64,000 nucleotides of DNA, from NCBI GenBank assembly GCA_944388995.1, contig CALXKN010000008.1, positions 17,160 through 81,159 of the forward strand. The letters are read 5' to 3'. Shown piece after piece: positions 19,300 through 29,700 of the stretch (position 1 is its first letter; the number at the start of each line of letters is the position of its first letter). Under the pieces are notes generated by a model that saw nothing but the letters and a program-made list of their open reading frames with translations, was not told the origin of the DNA and ran no database searches. A program made the position numbers and the translations under genes. Source of the DNA: an uncultured Spirochaetota bacterium (GTDB lineage Bacteria > Spirochaetota > Spirochaetia > JAFGXN01).

Positions 19300-20673
19300 T
19301 TAAATCCCGGAATTTTCCTGCCCGATTTTCCGTCTCAGCCGGAAAATCAAGGCGGCCGAAATCAAAAGCGTTACGGCTTCGGCGGCGGGAACGGCCGTAT
19401 AAATTCCGTGAATTCCGAACGCTTTCGGGAAAAAGGTCAGAAACAAAACCGGCAGAACCAAGGCCCGCGCTCCGGAAATCAAAAGCGATTCGACGGGCCG
19501 GTGAACGGCCGTCATCCACGCCGAATTAATCATATTAAAACCGATAAAGAAAAACGCAAACCGGATGTACTTCGTAAATTCGCAGCCGATTTCATACGCC
19601 TTCGAAGATTTGTCGTCCAAAAAGAGATGAACCGCCGCGTCGCCGAAAAACGTTAAGAACAGAATACAGCCGGCGGAAAAGGCAAACGCGGTTATCCTCG
19701 AAATTTTTAAAATTCCGCGGATTCGGTCGCGGCGCCCGGCGCCGTAATTGACAGAAACCAACGGAGTAATGGCGTCGCTGACGGCGTACAAAGTCATTTG
19801 CCCGAACCATAAAATGTAATTGATTGCCGTAAAGGCAGCGACCCCGTCCGTACCAAAACCGGCAATCATAATCCGGTTGAAGAGAAAAACCACCACTCCC
19901 GCCGAAATTTCCGACAGAAATTCTGAGGAACCGTTAAACGCCGCCAGAAGCAGTTCATGCCAACGCCCGTCCGGCCGTTTCAGTTTCAGATTTTTCGAGA
20001 AAAAGAGAATGTAAACCAAAAACACGGCTGTCGGTCCGACCGAAGAGAGTCCGGTTGCCAACGCGGCGCCGGAAACGCCCCATTGAAAACCGACAATGAA
20101 CAGCGCGTCCAAAGCAATGTTAATGACAGCCGTCGATAACAAGCCGAACGTTGCCAGCTTCGGTCTGCCGTCAACCCGGATAAACAACGAAAACGTGTAA
20201 ACGAGTCCCCATGTCAGAAAAAACGGACTGACAGCGCGCAAATAAGCGACTGCCAGCGTGTGAAGCGAACCTTCTTTGGCTCCCAAAAAAGAGGTGACTT
20301 CTTCGGCAAAAACGAAAAAGAAAACCGAGAAAAAAATCATAACGGAAGAAACGGCTACAACCGTTTTTGTGAACATGGCGTGCGCTTTATCAAAGCGGTT
20401 TTCACCCAGATATTTTCCGACCCTCACCGATCCGCCGCTGCCGAAAACCAAATTCAGTCCGCTCATCAGCGACATAACGGGGGAAATCAGGTTGACGGCC
20501 GCCAATGACTCTTTTCCGCAAAAATTCCCGACAAACATGGCGTCGATCATGCTCGCCGACGATAACGCCAACAATGAAATGACGTTGGCAATTCCGAATT
20601 TAAAAAAAAGAGGCGTAATGCTTTTTGTCAGAATTTCGTTTTGGTTTTCATTCATAGCCGAAATGTTCGTCAT
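19300..20673 (-). CDS. MATE family efflux transporter
   Basis: 12-TM protein with a MATE-like repeat organisation. The start is placed at the ATG at 20673, because the longer track ORF would cover the divergent promoter of the next gene. The ATG at 20655 is also possible. Confidence 0.75.
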   Translation of the reverse strand: MTNISAMNENQNEILTKSITPLFFKFGIANVISLLALSSASMIDAMFVGNFCGKESLAAVNLISPVMSLMSGLNLVFGSGGSVRVGKYLGENRFDKAHAMFTKTVVAVSSVMIFFSVFFFVFAEEVTSFLGAKEGSLHTLAVAYLRAVSPFFLTWGLVYTFSLFIRVDGRPKLATFGLLSTAVINIALDALFIVGFQWGVSGAALATGLSSVGPTAVFLVYILFFSKNLKLKRPDGRWHELLLAAFNGSSEFLSEISAGVVVFLFNRIMIAGFGTDGVAAFTAINYILWFGQMTLYAVSDAITPLVSVNYGAGRRDRIRGILKISRITAFAFSAGCILFLTFFGDAAVHLFLDDKSSKAYEIGCEFTKYIRFAFFFIGFNMINSAWMTAVHRPVESLLISGARALVLPVLFLTFFPKAFGIHGIYTAVPAAEAVTLLISAALIFRLRRKIGQENSGI

Positions 20674-20774
20674 TCTATTAAATTTACTCCGAAAAGTAAA
20701 GCAACGGAATATTTTTTTCTTGTTTTTCAAAAAAATCATGGTATAATTTTGTATAATCAAACAAGAGGTATTTT

Positions 20775-21587
20775 ATGCATCCGTTTTTTTCTCCGAACCC
20801 GGTTGTTTTGGCTCACCGCGGCGATTCAAAACGTTTTCCCGAAAATACGATGCCGGCTTTCCGTTCCGCACTGCAAATGAAAGTCGATGTTATCGAAACC
20901 GACGTTCACATTACAAAAGACGGAACGGTTGTTATCTGGCACGACGACGACTTGTCCCGGCTTTGCGGAGAAGCGGTTCCCGTTTACGAAAAAACCTATG
21001 AACAACTGCTGACGTATGACGCCGGCTGTTTTTACGTTGACGAAAACGGAAACAAACCGTTTGAAGGAAAAGGAATCACGATTGCCCGTTTTGACGAGCT
21101 TCTTGAGGCGGATGCGAATCAAAGAATCAACGTTGACATGAAAGACCCTAAACCGGAACTGGTGCGGGCCATGGCGGATCTGCTGCAGAAATACAACGCG
21201 GCCGGACGGGTTTGCGTAGCGTCGTTCCATCCGCAGAATATCCTGCTTCTGAGAAAAATCATGCCGGAAGCGTTAACGTCTTTTACTTCAAAAGAGGTGG
21301 CAAAATATGTTCTGACTGTCAATTTGGGACTCGGATTTTTATGGAAGCGTTTTCCCTCCTGTGTGTTTCAGATGCCGGAACGGATGCCGGAAACCAAACA
21401 CGGAATCCGGCTGCTGACAAAGCGTTTCATCAGATATTGCCATAAAAGAGACATCAAAATTCAAATTTGGACGATTAACGAAGCCGACGAAATGCGGCGG
21501 CTTTTGGCGATGGGAGTCGACGGATTGTTTACCGATGATCCGTCGCTGATGCTCGAAGTTCTGAAACGGCCGGTTCAAAATCCATGA
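20775..21587 (+). CDS. glycerophosphodiester phosphodiesterase
   Basis: VLAHRGDSKRFPENT...ETDVHITKDGTVVIWHDDDL are GDPD motifs. It is preceded by TGGTATAAT/TGTATAAT and an AGAGG RBS. Confidence 0.85.
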   Translation: MHPFFSPNPVVLAHRGDSKRFPENTMPAFRSALQMKVDVIETDVHITKDGTVVIWHDDDLSRLCGEAVPVYEKTYEQLLTYDAGCFYVDENGNKPFEGKGITIARFDELLEADANQRINVDMKDPKPELVRAMADLLQKYNAAGRVCVASFHPQNILLLRKIMPEALTSFTSKEVAKYVLTVNLGLGFLWKRFPSCVFQMPERMPETKHGIRLLTKRFIRYCHKRDIKIQIWTINEADEMRRLLAMGVDGLFTDDPSLMLEVLKRPVQNP

Positions 21588-22246
21588 CACTTTCAATCAC
21601 CGGTATTCTGATTCTCTTTGCCCTTTACGCTTTTTTGCTGGCGGATATTTTTGCCATTTCGTTTCACAAACCGTATTTACGGTGGGTTTTGGGGAAACCG
21701 GAACTGATGCCGATTCTGGCGCTGTTCTACTGGTACAATGCGCCGGAAATCAACCCGTTTATTATGGCGGCACTGTTCTTCGGATGGATCGGGGATCTTT
21801 TTCTTCTGAAAAAAGAAAAAACGGTATGTTTCCTTGCCGGAACGGGAGCTTTTCTCATCGGACATATTTTTTACATTCTGACCTTTGCCGAAATTTCCGG
21901 GTTTTACAAAACCGTTCCGCCGTTTGCATGGCTGATTTTAGCGGTCGGAATCGTTTTGTTGTTCGCCGCTTACTTTATTGTTCTTCAATACAAAAAAATT
22001 ATGATCCTTCCCGGACTGATTTATTATTCAGCCGTTATTTTTCTGAATTTCACTATTGCCTGTTGTTATTCTCATTTAAATCAAACGGCTTTCACTGTGA
22101 CGCTTTTAGGAAGTCTGCTTTTTTTGATTTCCGACTCACTCTTGGCTTTGCGCTCCATCGCCAAAAAACTGCCGCCGCATACGCCGTTGATTATTCTGAC
22201 TTATGTACCGGCTCAGTTTTTATTGATTATGGGAACGCTGCTGTAA
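21584..22246 (+). CDS. YhhN-family lysoplasmalogenase-like membrane protein
   Basis: 220-aa 8-TM protein with GWIGDLFLL and ISDSLLA motifs typical of YhhN/TMEM86. Confidence 0.7.
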   Translation: MTLSITGILILFALYAFLLADIFAISFHKPYLRWVLGKPELMPILALFYWYNAPEINPFIMAALFFGWIGDLFLLKKEKTVCFLAGTGAFLIGHIFYILTFAEISGFYKTVPPFAWLILAVGIVLLFAAYFIVLQYKKIMILPGLIYYSAVIFLNFTIACCYSHLNQTAFTVTLLGSLLFLISDSLLALRSIAKKLPPHTPLIILTYVPAQFLLIMGTLL

Positions 22247-22248
22247 TT

Positions 22249-23049
22249 TTACCGCCACAAATAAATTTTGTACAATTTCCTCGCATAAAAATAATAGACC
22301 GCAAAATACAGAACCGTCAGAACCGCCAGAACGGGAAGCCGGTTCAAGCTGTAAATCGCCAGAAACAGGAACGAAAAAACCAGCTCGGAAAACATCAGCA
22401 GCAAATTGTCTTTCAGAGTGTTGACCTTCCGATCCGCCAGATAAATAACAGCCGTCAGCAATTCCAAAAGAATAAAAAGCAGACAAATGTACAAAAGAAC
22501 ATAAGAACGGTAATAAAGTTCCTTTCCAACGGTTGCCGAATCAATCGGAATCAGAACGGAAAGAAACGCGAATCCGACAAGCAGAACGTAAAAAATGACA
22601 TCAAACCGGTTGTTTTCGCTTCCCAGAGAAAAAAACGCGCCGCAAAACGAGTAGAGCGGAACCAGCAAAATCACCGCATAAAAAATTTTCATCCCGTAAA
22701 CGAAGAAAAAATCAAGTCCGGTTAAAATCGGATAATTCAGAAAAAATGTCTTTAAGTGAATGAACAACAGAACAAAAAGGGACAGAATATGGAAAAAAAT
22801 CTCATTGGACATAATCGTGCGGAACCGGTAATAAGTCAGTCCGATAAAACCGTAAATGAGAATCGTCAGAACAAAGAGAAAAACATAAAACGCTGCTATC
22901 GAAAAAAAATCGGGAAAATCGGCAAAACGGTAATCGTAATGGCTGCGGTTCGTCAAAAAAAAGACAAAGTTGAAAACCGATAGCAGCGGCAAAAAAAGTC
23001 CCGCCGCAAAAACGATTTTCAGCAATCGGTTGCGCATTCGGAGTGTCAT
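22249..23049 (-). CDS. hypothetical polytopic membrane protein
   Basis: 266-aa hydrophobic ORF. No family was recognised. Confidence 0.5.
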   Translation of the reverse strand: MTLRMRNRLLKIVFAAGLFLPLLSVFNFVFFLTNRSHYDYRFADFPDFFSIAAFYVFLFVLTILIYGFIGLTYYRFRTIMSNEIFFHILSLFVLLFIHLKTFFLNYPILTGLDFFFVYGMKIFYAVILLVPLYSFCGAFFSLGSENNRFDVIFYVLLVGFAFLSVLIPIDSATVGKELYYRSYVLLYICLLFILLELLTAVIYLADRKVNTLKDNLLLMFSELVFSFLFLAIYSLNRLPVLAVLTVLYFAVYYFYARKLYKIYLWR

Positions 23050-23126
23050 ACTTCATTATTATAAAAAAACGAAAATCATTCAAGGATTTTTTCGTTTTGT
23101 TCGATAATATAAAGACGGGAGGTTCC

Positions 23127-23804
23127 ATGAAGAAATTCGTTTTTATCGCTTTTTGTCTGCTGTCCGCGTTTTCGGCAACCGCAAACGATGTCGCTTCTTT
23201 TGCCAATTTAGGTTTTTCAAATGATTCCCGGTTCTTTTTGTTTGCCGAAACGGGGCAAAATCTCGAAAAAGGGCAAATTTACGCCAACGGATATTTGGTT
23301 GACGTTGTTAAAAATCAGTTTGTCAGAAACGGTATAAAAAAAGCCGTTTACGAAGGATCGGTCAATGCCGGTTATTCCGATGCGGGCGCTTTATTTAATT
23401 TACTTGCCGAATGGAACAATTTTTTGAAACCGTACGCCATCAACCATTTGAACACCGGCCGTTTGATTTATTCGTTGGAACCGGGAGCCGAAGCGAAGAA
23501 CGTTTTGACTTACCGTGATTTTTTTACAAAGAAAAATTACGAAATCGAGCTGAACCAAATGAAAATCGAAAATCCGTTAAAGTCGTCGTTTTTCATTTCA
23601 GTGAAGGTGACGGACGCCGACGGAAACCGGCTGGCGAAAGCGGTCGGAATGCCCGATTTTCAGCGGGAAAATGTTTCCGATTACTTTATCCGGCAAGTCA
23701 TCATATCTCCGGATAACAAACAGATCGTATTTGTAATAGCAAAAACCGTTATTATTGACGGAGAGACCTCCATTCGTTATATGGTGGAAACGCTTTCGTT
23801 ATAA
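23127..23804 (+). CDS. hypothetical secreted protein
   Basis: The ATG at 23127 follows GGGAGG. The signal peptide is MKKFVFIAFCLLSAFSATA. The track start at 23043 is unlikely. Confidence 0.55.
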   Translation: MKKFVFIAFCLLSAFSATANDVASFANLGFSNDSRFFLFAETGQNLEKGQIYANGYLVDVVKNQFVRNGIKKAVYEGSVNAGYSDAGALFNLLAEWNNFLKPYAINHLNTGRLIYSLEPGAEAKNVLTYRDFFTKKNYEIELNQMKIENPLKSSFFISVKVTDADGNRLAKAVGMPDFQRENVSDYFIRQVIISPDNKQIVFVIAKTVIIDGETSIRYMVETLSL

Positions 23805-23893
23805 TATTGTCTTTGAAAGAAGAACGACGCTTTTGTGAAAACCTTTTCGGTATCGTTGACAAAACGCCGTTCTCTCTTTATAATAATTCCATT

Positions 23894-23980
23894 GGAGAGA
23901 TGTCCGAGTGGTTTAAGGTGCACGCTTGGAAAGCGTGTGTACGGTAACACGTACCGGGGGTTCGAATCCCCCTCTTTCCG
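23894..23980 (+). tRNA. tRNA-Ser (anticodon GGA), long variable arm, no encoded CCA
   Basis: The acceptor stem GGAGAGA pairs with TCTTTCC. The anticodon stem-loop is CACGC-TTGGAAA-GCGTG. The T-arm is GGGGG-TTCGAAT-CCCCC, and the discriminator is G at 23980. Confidence 0.9.
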
Positions 23981-23989
23981 TTTCCCTTG

Positions 23990-24082
23990 GGTAAGACGGC
24001 AGACAAATCGGAGCGGCTCAACCCTGCCAGGTTCGGAAGAAAGCAACAGTCGGCTGTTTCCGGTTGTGCCTGTTTTGTTTTA
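23990..24082 (+). ncRNA. ffs: small (4.5S-type) SRP RNA; ends approximate
   Basis: CCTGCCAGGTTCGGAAGAAAGCAACAG matches the conserved domain IV core (CAGGuxCGGAAGgAAGCAgc) with a GGAA tetraloop. The flanks GGCAGAC..CGGCT and AGTCGGCTG..GTTGTGCC can pair. Its position just upstream of dnaX is common in bacteria. Confidence 0.6.
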
Positions 24083-24108
24083 TTCAAGGGTTTTCTTTGG
24101 GAAAAGCC

Positions 24109-25830
24109 ATGTCCTACGAAGTCACAGCCATCCGAAAGCGTCCCCATACCTTTGAATCCCTCGTCGGGCAGGAATTTGTTGTCTCTGCCTTAACGAATTC
24201 CATTGCCAACGGAAATTTTGCCCGCGCCTACCTTTTTTCCGGTCCCCACGGGGTCGGAAAAACATCCGTTGCGCGTATTTTGGCGGCCGCTTTAAACTGT
24301 GAACACGGTCCGACGCCCCATCCGTGCTGCCGGTGCGCTTCCTGCAAAGAAATCATTGCCGGCAATTCCCTTGACGTTACCGAAATTGACGGTGCTTCCA
24401 ACACATCAGTCAGCGATATCCGCGTGATAAAAGACGAAATTCTTTTTCCTCCGAATTCATCGCGTTTTAAAATCTATATTATTGACGAAGTTCATATGCT
24501 TTCCAACAGCGCGTTCAACGCTTTATTGAAAACCATTGAAGAGCCGCCTGAACACGTTGTTTTTATTTTCGCCACAACCGAAGTTCACAAAGTTTTGCCG
24601 ACCATCCGCAGCCGCTGCCAGCAGTTTCATTTCCGGTTAATCGATACCGACGTCGTTAAAAATCTGCTGAAGGACCGCTGTCTGGAAAGAACCATCCGTT
24701 TCGAAGACGACGCCCTGCTCTGGATTGCGAAGGAAGCGGCCGGTTCCGTGCGCGATGCCTATATGCTTTTCGATCAGATTTTAACCTTTTCTAATGGAGA
24801 AATAACGCTTCAAAAAATCCGGGAAAACATGGGCGTCATCGGGTTCGACCGTATCAACGATTTGGTCGTGCTGATGGCGGAGGGAAAGGAAAAAGAAGTC
24901 TTGGAAACCGCTTCCGCAATTCTTTCAGCCGGCGTTTCCATCGAACAATTAATCAACGATTTGGCCGAATATTTCCGCGGAATTCTGCTGATAAAAACCG
25001 GTATTGAAAAGGAATCTTTAATCGGAGTGCGGAAAGACCGTTATCATGCGGAAGCCGTCGGGGCATTCTCCGTTTCCGGAGTCGAAAACGCTTTATCCCT
25101 TCTGTTTTCTCTTTACAGGGATATCCGCTTTTCCGTCAACCCCCGATTTGAATTGGAATTGATTTTAAGCCGTTTATCCCGTCTAAAAGATTTTCTGACA
25201 AAAACGGAAATTTTGGAAGAACTCGGCATTCTGAAGCAACAGCTTTTAAAACAGATTTCCCTGCACGGCTCGTCCGTTTCTGTACCGGAAAAAGAGAGGG
25301 AAATTCCTGCTAAAACAACGGAGCGTCCTCCTGCCGAAGACTTGCTGTCGTCTCCGGCCGAAACGGTTTTCCGCCAACCGCCTGCCGGGTTCGCGCAACG
25401 GTCGGAGCAACCGCTGCCGGCGGCCGCGGAAACACACTCTGCCGGCGGAACGGCGGAACGGCCGCTGACCTCAAAAGAAATTCTGCCGCTTTTAATCCGG
25501 ATTGCGGTCGAAAACAAAAAACCTCTTTTGAAAACCGTCCTGTCGGAAATCAAAAAAGCGCACGCCGACGGAACGCGGCTGACGCTTTACTGTAAAAATG
25601 ATTACGGCCGGGATGCGGTTTGCCAATCGGCTCCGCTGCTTGAAAGAGAGGTTTTTGAGAAAACCGGTATCGCTTACAAAATCGACGCGGAAACCGCCCC
25701 CGATTTATCGGCCAACCTTCAGACGCCGTCGGAAGCGGCCGAACTCGAACTTTTCAGGCAGGTCTTCAACGCCGAACCGGTCGGGAAGAATCCTGTTCCT
25801 TCCGCAGAAAGCGGGGACTTGAATTTTTAA
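24109..25830 (+). CDS. dnaX: DNA polymerase III subunit gamma/tau
   Basis: FESLVGQEFV...GPHGVGKTS (Walker A), a Cys4 zinc module (CxxCxxC region), DEVHMLS and SRCQQF. The start is placed at the ATG at 24109. Confidence 0.9.
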   Translation: MSYEVTAIRKRPHTFESLVGQEFVVSALTNSIANGNFARAYLFSGPHGVGKTSVARILAAALNCEHGPTPHPCCRCASCKEIIAGNSLDVTEIDGASNTSVSDIRVIKDEILFPPNSSRFKIYIIDEVHMLSNSAFNALLKTIEEPPEHVVFIFATTEVHKVLPTIRSRCQQFHFRLIDTDVVKNLLKDRCLERTIRFEDDALLWIAKEAAGSVRDAYMLFDQILTFSNGEITLQKIRENMGVIGFDRINDLVVLMAEGKEKEVLETASAILSAGVSIEQLINDLAEYFRGILLIKTGIEKESLIGVRKDRYHAEAVGAFSVSGVENALSLLFSLYRDIRFSVNPRFELELILSRLSRLKDFLTKTEILEELGILKQQLLKQISLHGSSVSVPEKEREIPAKTTERPPAEDLLSSPAETVFRQPPAGFAQRSEQPLPAAAETHSAGGTAERPLTSKEILPLLIRIAVENKKPLLKTVLSEIKKAHADGTRLTLYCKNDYGRDAVCQSAPLLEREVFEKTGIAYKIDAETAPDLSANLQTPSEAAELELFRQVFNAEPVGKNPVPSAESGDLNF

Positions 25831-25853
25831 CCGAAATTCTCTTTAATACCGGT

Positions 25854-26174
25854 ATGAATCCTTTTGAAGCCTTTAAAAATTTAGGAAAAATCCAGTCCCA
25901 AATGAAAGAAATTCAGGATAAACTTGACCGCCTGTCTGAAACGGGATGTTCATTGGGGGAAACCGTCCGTGTCACACTGAACGGAAAATTTGAAATGACC
26001 GACATTCAGATCGATCCCACGTCTCTGAAGCCGGAAGATTGGGATTTGCTTCCGCCGCTCATCAAAGCCGCCCACGCCGACGCCGTTGAAAAAATTCGCA
26101 GCGCCGTGCAACGAGAAACGGCCGCTTTAACCGGCAGTTTAAATATTCCCGGTTTTCCCGGATTCGGAATGTGA
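25854..26174 (+). CDS. ybaB: YbaB/EbfC nucleoid-associated protein
   Basis: 106 aa in the conserved position between dnaX and recR, with a YbaB-like sequence pattern. Confidence 0.85.
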   Translation: MNPFEAFKNLGKIQSQMKEIQDKLDRLSETGCSLGETVRVTLNGKFEMTDIQIDPTSLKPEDWDLLPPLIKAAHADAVEKIRSAVQRETAALTGSLNIPGFPGFGM

Positions 26175-26175
26175 A

Positions 26176-26760
26176 ATGGACGCGCTTGACGCTTTGGCAC
26201 TCAGTTTTTCCAAACTGCCGGGAATCGGCCGCAAAAGCGCCCGGCGGATTGCTTTCTCGCTTTTAAAAACCGATGACCGTTTCAACGCGCTTTTGGCTTC
26301 TCAAATCATTGAACTGAAAGAAAAAATCCGGGAGTGTTCGGTTTGCGGCGCTTACTGCGAAGGAGAAATTTGTCCGATTTGCGATAACCCGCAGCGGGAC
26401 AGAACTCAAATCTGCGTTGTGGAACAGTCATCCGATTCGGCTTCGATTGAAAGCACGGGAGAATTCCACGGTCTGTACCACGTTCTGCACGGAACCATTT
26501 CCCCGCTGGACGGCGTCGGCCCTCAGGATCTGACCATTGACAAGCTGCTCAGGCGGTGCGACGGAACCGTCAGAGAGGTGATCATTGCAACAAACGCAAC
26601 GGTTGAAGGCGACACGACAGCGCTTTACCTTGTTTCATTGTTAAAAGAAAAAAACGTCAAAGTTTCCCGATTGGCATCGGGGCTTCCTGTCGGAGGCGAT
26701 TTGGAATACATCGACAAAATCACGCTTTCCCGCTCGCTGCGGGGACGAATTGAATTTTAA
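26176..26760 (+). CDS. recR: recombination protein RecR
   Basis: LPGIGRKSARRIAF (HhH), a C4 zinc finger CSVCGAYCEGEICPIC and a Toprim region. Confidence 0.9.
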   Translation: MDALDALALSFSKLPGIGRKSARRIAFSLLKTDDRFNALLASQIIELKEKIRECSVCGAYCEGEICPICDNPQRDRTQICVVEQSSDSASIESTGEFHGLYHVLHGTISPLDGVGPQDLTIDKLLRRCDGTVREVIIATNATVEGDTTALYLVSLLKEKNVKVSRLASGLPVGGDLEYIDKITLSRSLRGRIEF

Positions 26761-26773
26761 CGCTTTGAATCGC

Positions 26774-29700
26774 TTATTCAGTCAGTTGCTGAACAAGAAG
26801 ATCCATTCGGTATTCAGCCGCTTCAAACGCCGACAGATGACGGAAAAATTCTTTTGCCGCCTTTTCGGGCGCGGCACCGCTCAAAACGCGGTAAAAAGCA
26901 AAAACCGCAATCAAATCAAGCATTTTTTCGCCGCGGAACCAATACTTTTCCCGGTACAGATTGACTTCCGCAAACGACAAGATTTTTTTATCTTTTAAAG
27001 CGGAAGCAAGCGTTTTATCTTTGCGGCACAACAACCGCGCAAAAACCGACAGCAAAGCGAATGTCCGGCTGCGATCTGCCTTAACGGAAGAGCGGCCGTT
27101 CAATGCTTCGAAAACCGTTTCAAACAGAATCTGTCCGTTTAAAAACTCTTCGGTCTCGGGAATACCGGCTAAAAGAGACAAAGCGGCGGTAAACGTCCAC
27201 TCTTCATGATAACCGATAAGAGAAGCCAACCACTCTGTTTGTGACGGAGAGGCGTCCGAAAGCGTTTGAGCAATTTTACCGAGCTTTTCGCAATTTTTCC
27301 CGATTCGGCTGAAAATCCGTTCCTTCCGGGTAAAAAGCGTCTGAAAGCGTTCTTTTTCTTTCAGTTTTTCGGCTGCCTTTTCGGTCTCTTTCCGGATTTT
27401 TTCGTCAAATTTCCACTGCGGAAGCTTTCCGGTTTTTTTTCCGAGAACAACGGCCGTCAGTTTTTCAAAATTCGCTTTATTTTTGTCAAAAAACGGTCTG
27501 AAAAATGCCGAAACTGCTTCAAATTCGAGTTTTTCAGCTTCAAACGCGACATCTTCGCAGCCGCTGCCGTTTAACTTCGCTCTCAGATTTTCATAACGGC
27601 CATCGAAATCTTCAACGATATGAAAATCGGTGAACAACTGATATTCGTAACCTGCCAAAAGGCAAAACAAACCGTTGTCAACCAGATCGCGAGCAGAACG
27701 AATGTACGACAAGCTTTTAATGAAATCGGTAAAAATAACATACCGCCGCTCCGTCTCTTCTATTCCGATAAAATCAGCCAACACAGTGTGTTTCATTTGC
27801 CCATCAGCTTTGTCTTTATATAAAACAGTGTGTTTTATGGTTCCGGCTGTTGATTCGTATTTATTGTTGTAAACAACCAATGCGTTTTCGTTACCGCATT
27901 TATTGGAATAGGCAAAAACATTTTCGTTTAGTCGTCCTTCGGTATCATTGAAATTGTAAAGCCGAAAATTGACGACTTCCGAAAATAGATAGCGTTTGCG
28001 AAAAATGGGGAAAATTTCCCTTTCATGCCGGTCTATCAGCCACTGATCGGGTTTTTCGTCCCATTGCGGACGGGAAAATTCCATTCCGTACTTTTCGTAA
28101 AAACCTTCGATTTGACCGTGACCGATCATCGGTAAACCCGGCATGGTTGCCAGGAGCAGACAAACTCCGAAGTATTTATCTCCTTTTCCGAATTGTTCGG
28201 CAGCAGTCTTTTCATCGGGATTGTTCATGAAATTAACATACCGCTTGAGAATATCGGGATCAAACTCCAGTGTTTCCCGAATCAAATAACGGTATTTCGC
28301 ATTTTCTTCTTTTTTGAGCATATTCATAAAAGCGCTGTTGTAAACGCGGTGCATTCCGAGAGTCCGGACAAAATAACCTTCCATCATCCAGAACGCTTCC
28401 GCCAACAGCAGTGTGTCGGGAACTTCCGCCGCCACTCGATCAACCACTTCCCGCCAAAACTCCTGCGGCATAGCTTTATTGAAATCAACCGTCAGCATTC
28501 CGTGTTCGGCACGCGTCGGAATATCTCCGCCTTGCCCGGGAGCAGGGAACCACAGCCGCTGAATGTGACGCTTGGCAAGCGTCATTGCCGCGTCAAAACG
28601 GATAATTGGAAAATTGCGGGCCACATGAAGAATCACCTGAATGACTGCTTCTTTTGCTTCCGTATTCAAAAAATTAATTTGCGCCGTATCGTTCCACGGC
28701 AAACCGGTCCCGTCGTTTCCATGGTAAATGTAACGGTTTTCATTTTTGTTTTTATCGTAGCGGCGGAACACAACGGCGCAGTCTTCTTTGCTGTAATATT
28801 TATCTTCGATTTGAACCGTAATGTTCGGATCGCCGCTCAGATCGGGTCCGTTAAAGTTGTACTGCGGATACGGATTCTCCGGCAGCTGAAGAAACCAATC
28901 CGGATGGATACTGATCCACCGCGAATCGATGGCCGTATGATTGGGAACCATGTCAGCCGAAAGCCGAATTCCCCGTTTGGAACACCGCTCTTTTAAACGT
29001 GTCAACGCCGGCCAACCGCCGAGCGAAGCGGCAATTTCGTAATCGTAAAGGGAATAAGCTGAAGCTTCCGCATCCGGATTTCCGCAAATCTGTTTGATAC
29101 GCTTGGAAGCGGCACTTCGTTCCCACAAACCGATCAGCCATAATGCTGTAATTCCTCTATCCCGTAAAATATCCAATTCGGCGTCAGGAATTTGATCCAA
29201 ACGGCGGATTTCTTTTTCGTATTTTTGCGACAGCTGCGAAAGCCAAACCAGAGTGCTTTTAGCAATCATAATGACTTTTGGCATCCAGTCGCGGTCTTCA
29301 CTGTACGCTTCAAATTCATCCAGTCCCAACCCGTAATCCGGAATTTCCGATGAACCCTCTTCGCCGCCGCTCCAAGGAAGTTTGTAATCTTCCTTGAGCA
29401 TATTGAGCGCCAGCTGCAGATCGAACAAAAAATCGGGAATTAAATCTGCCCAATTTTCAGCAATAAACGCCAACTGATCAAAAATCGAATTTGGAAAGCG
29501 CTTAAACGGTTCCCTTAAAAAATCATCAAATGAAAGCCCTTTCAATTTTCCTGAAGTTTTAAAAACCGCAGCATCGCTTTTGATTTTTTTCCGGTACAGA
29601 CTGTTTTGAAGAAGTTTTGTATTATCAAAAACCGGTTTGTATCTTAAAAGAGCCGGATTTTCATTATTTAAATCAATAATCAGGGATTTAACAAAAAATC

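Noticed and set aside
21682-22725. 347-aa plus-strand ORF, rich in Arg/Gln/Asn.
   Set aside because: It is out of frame with the YhhN gene and antisense to the 266-aa membrane protein. It has low-complexity basic composition and no motifs.
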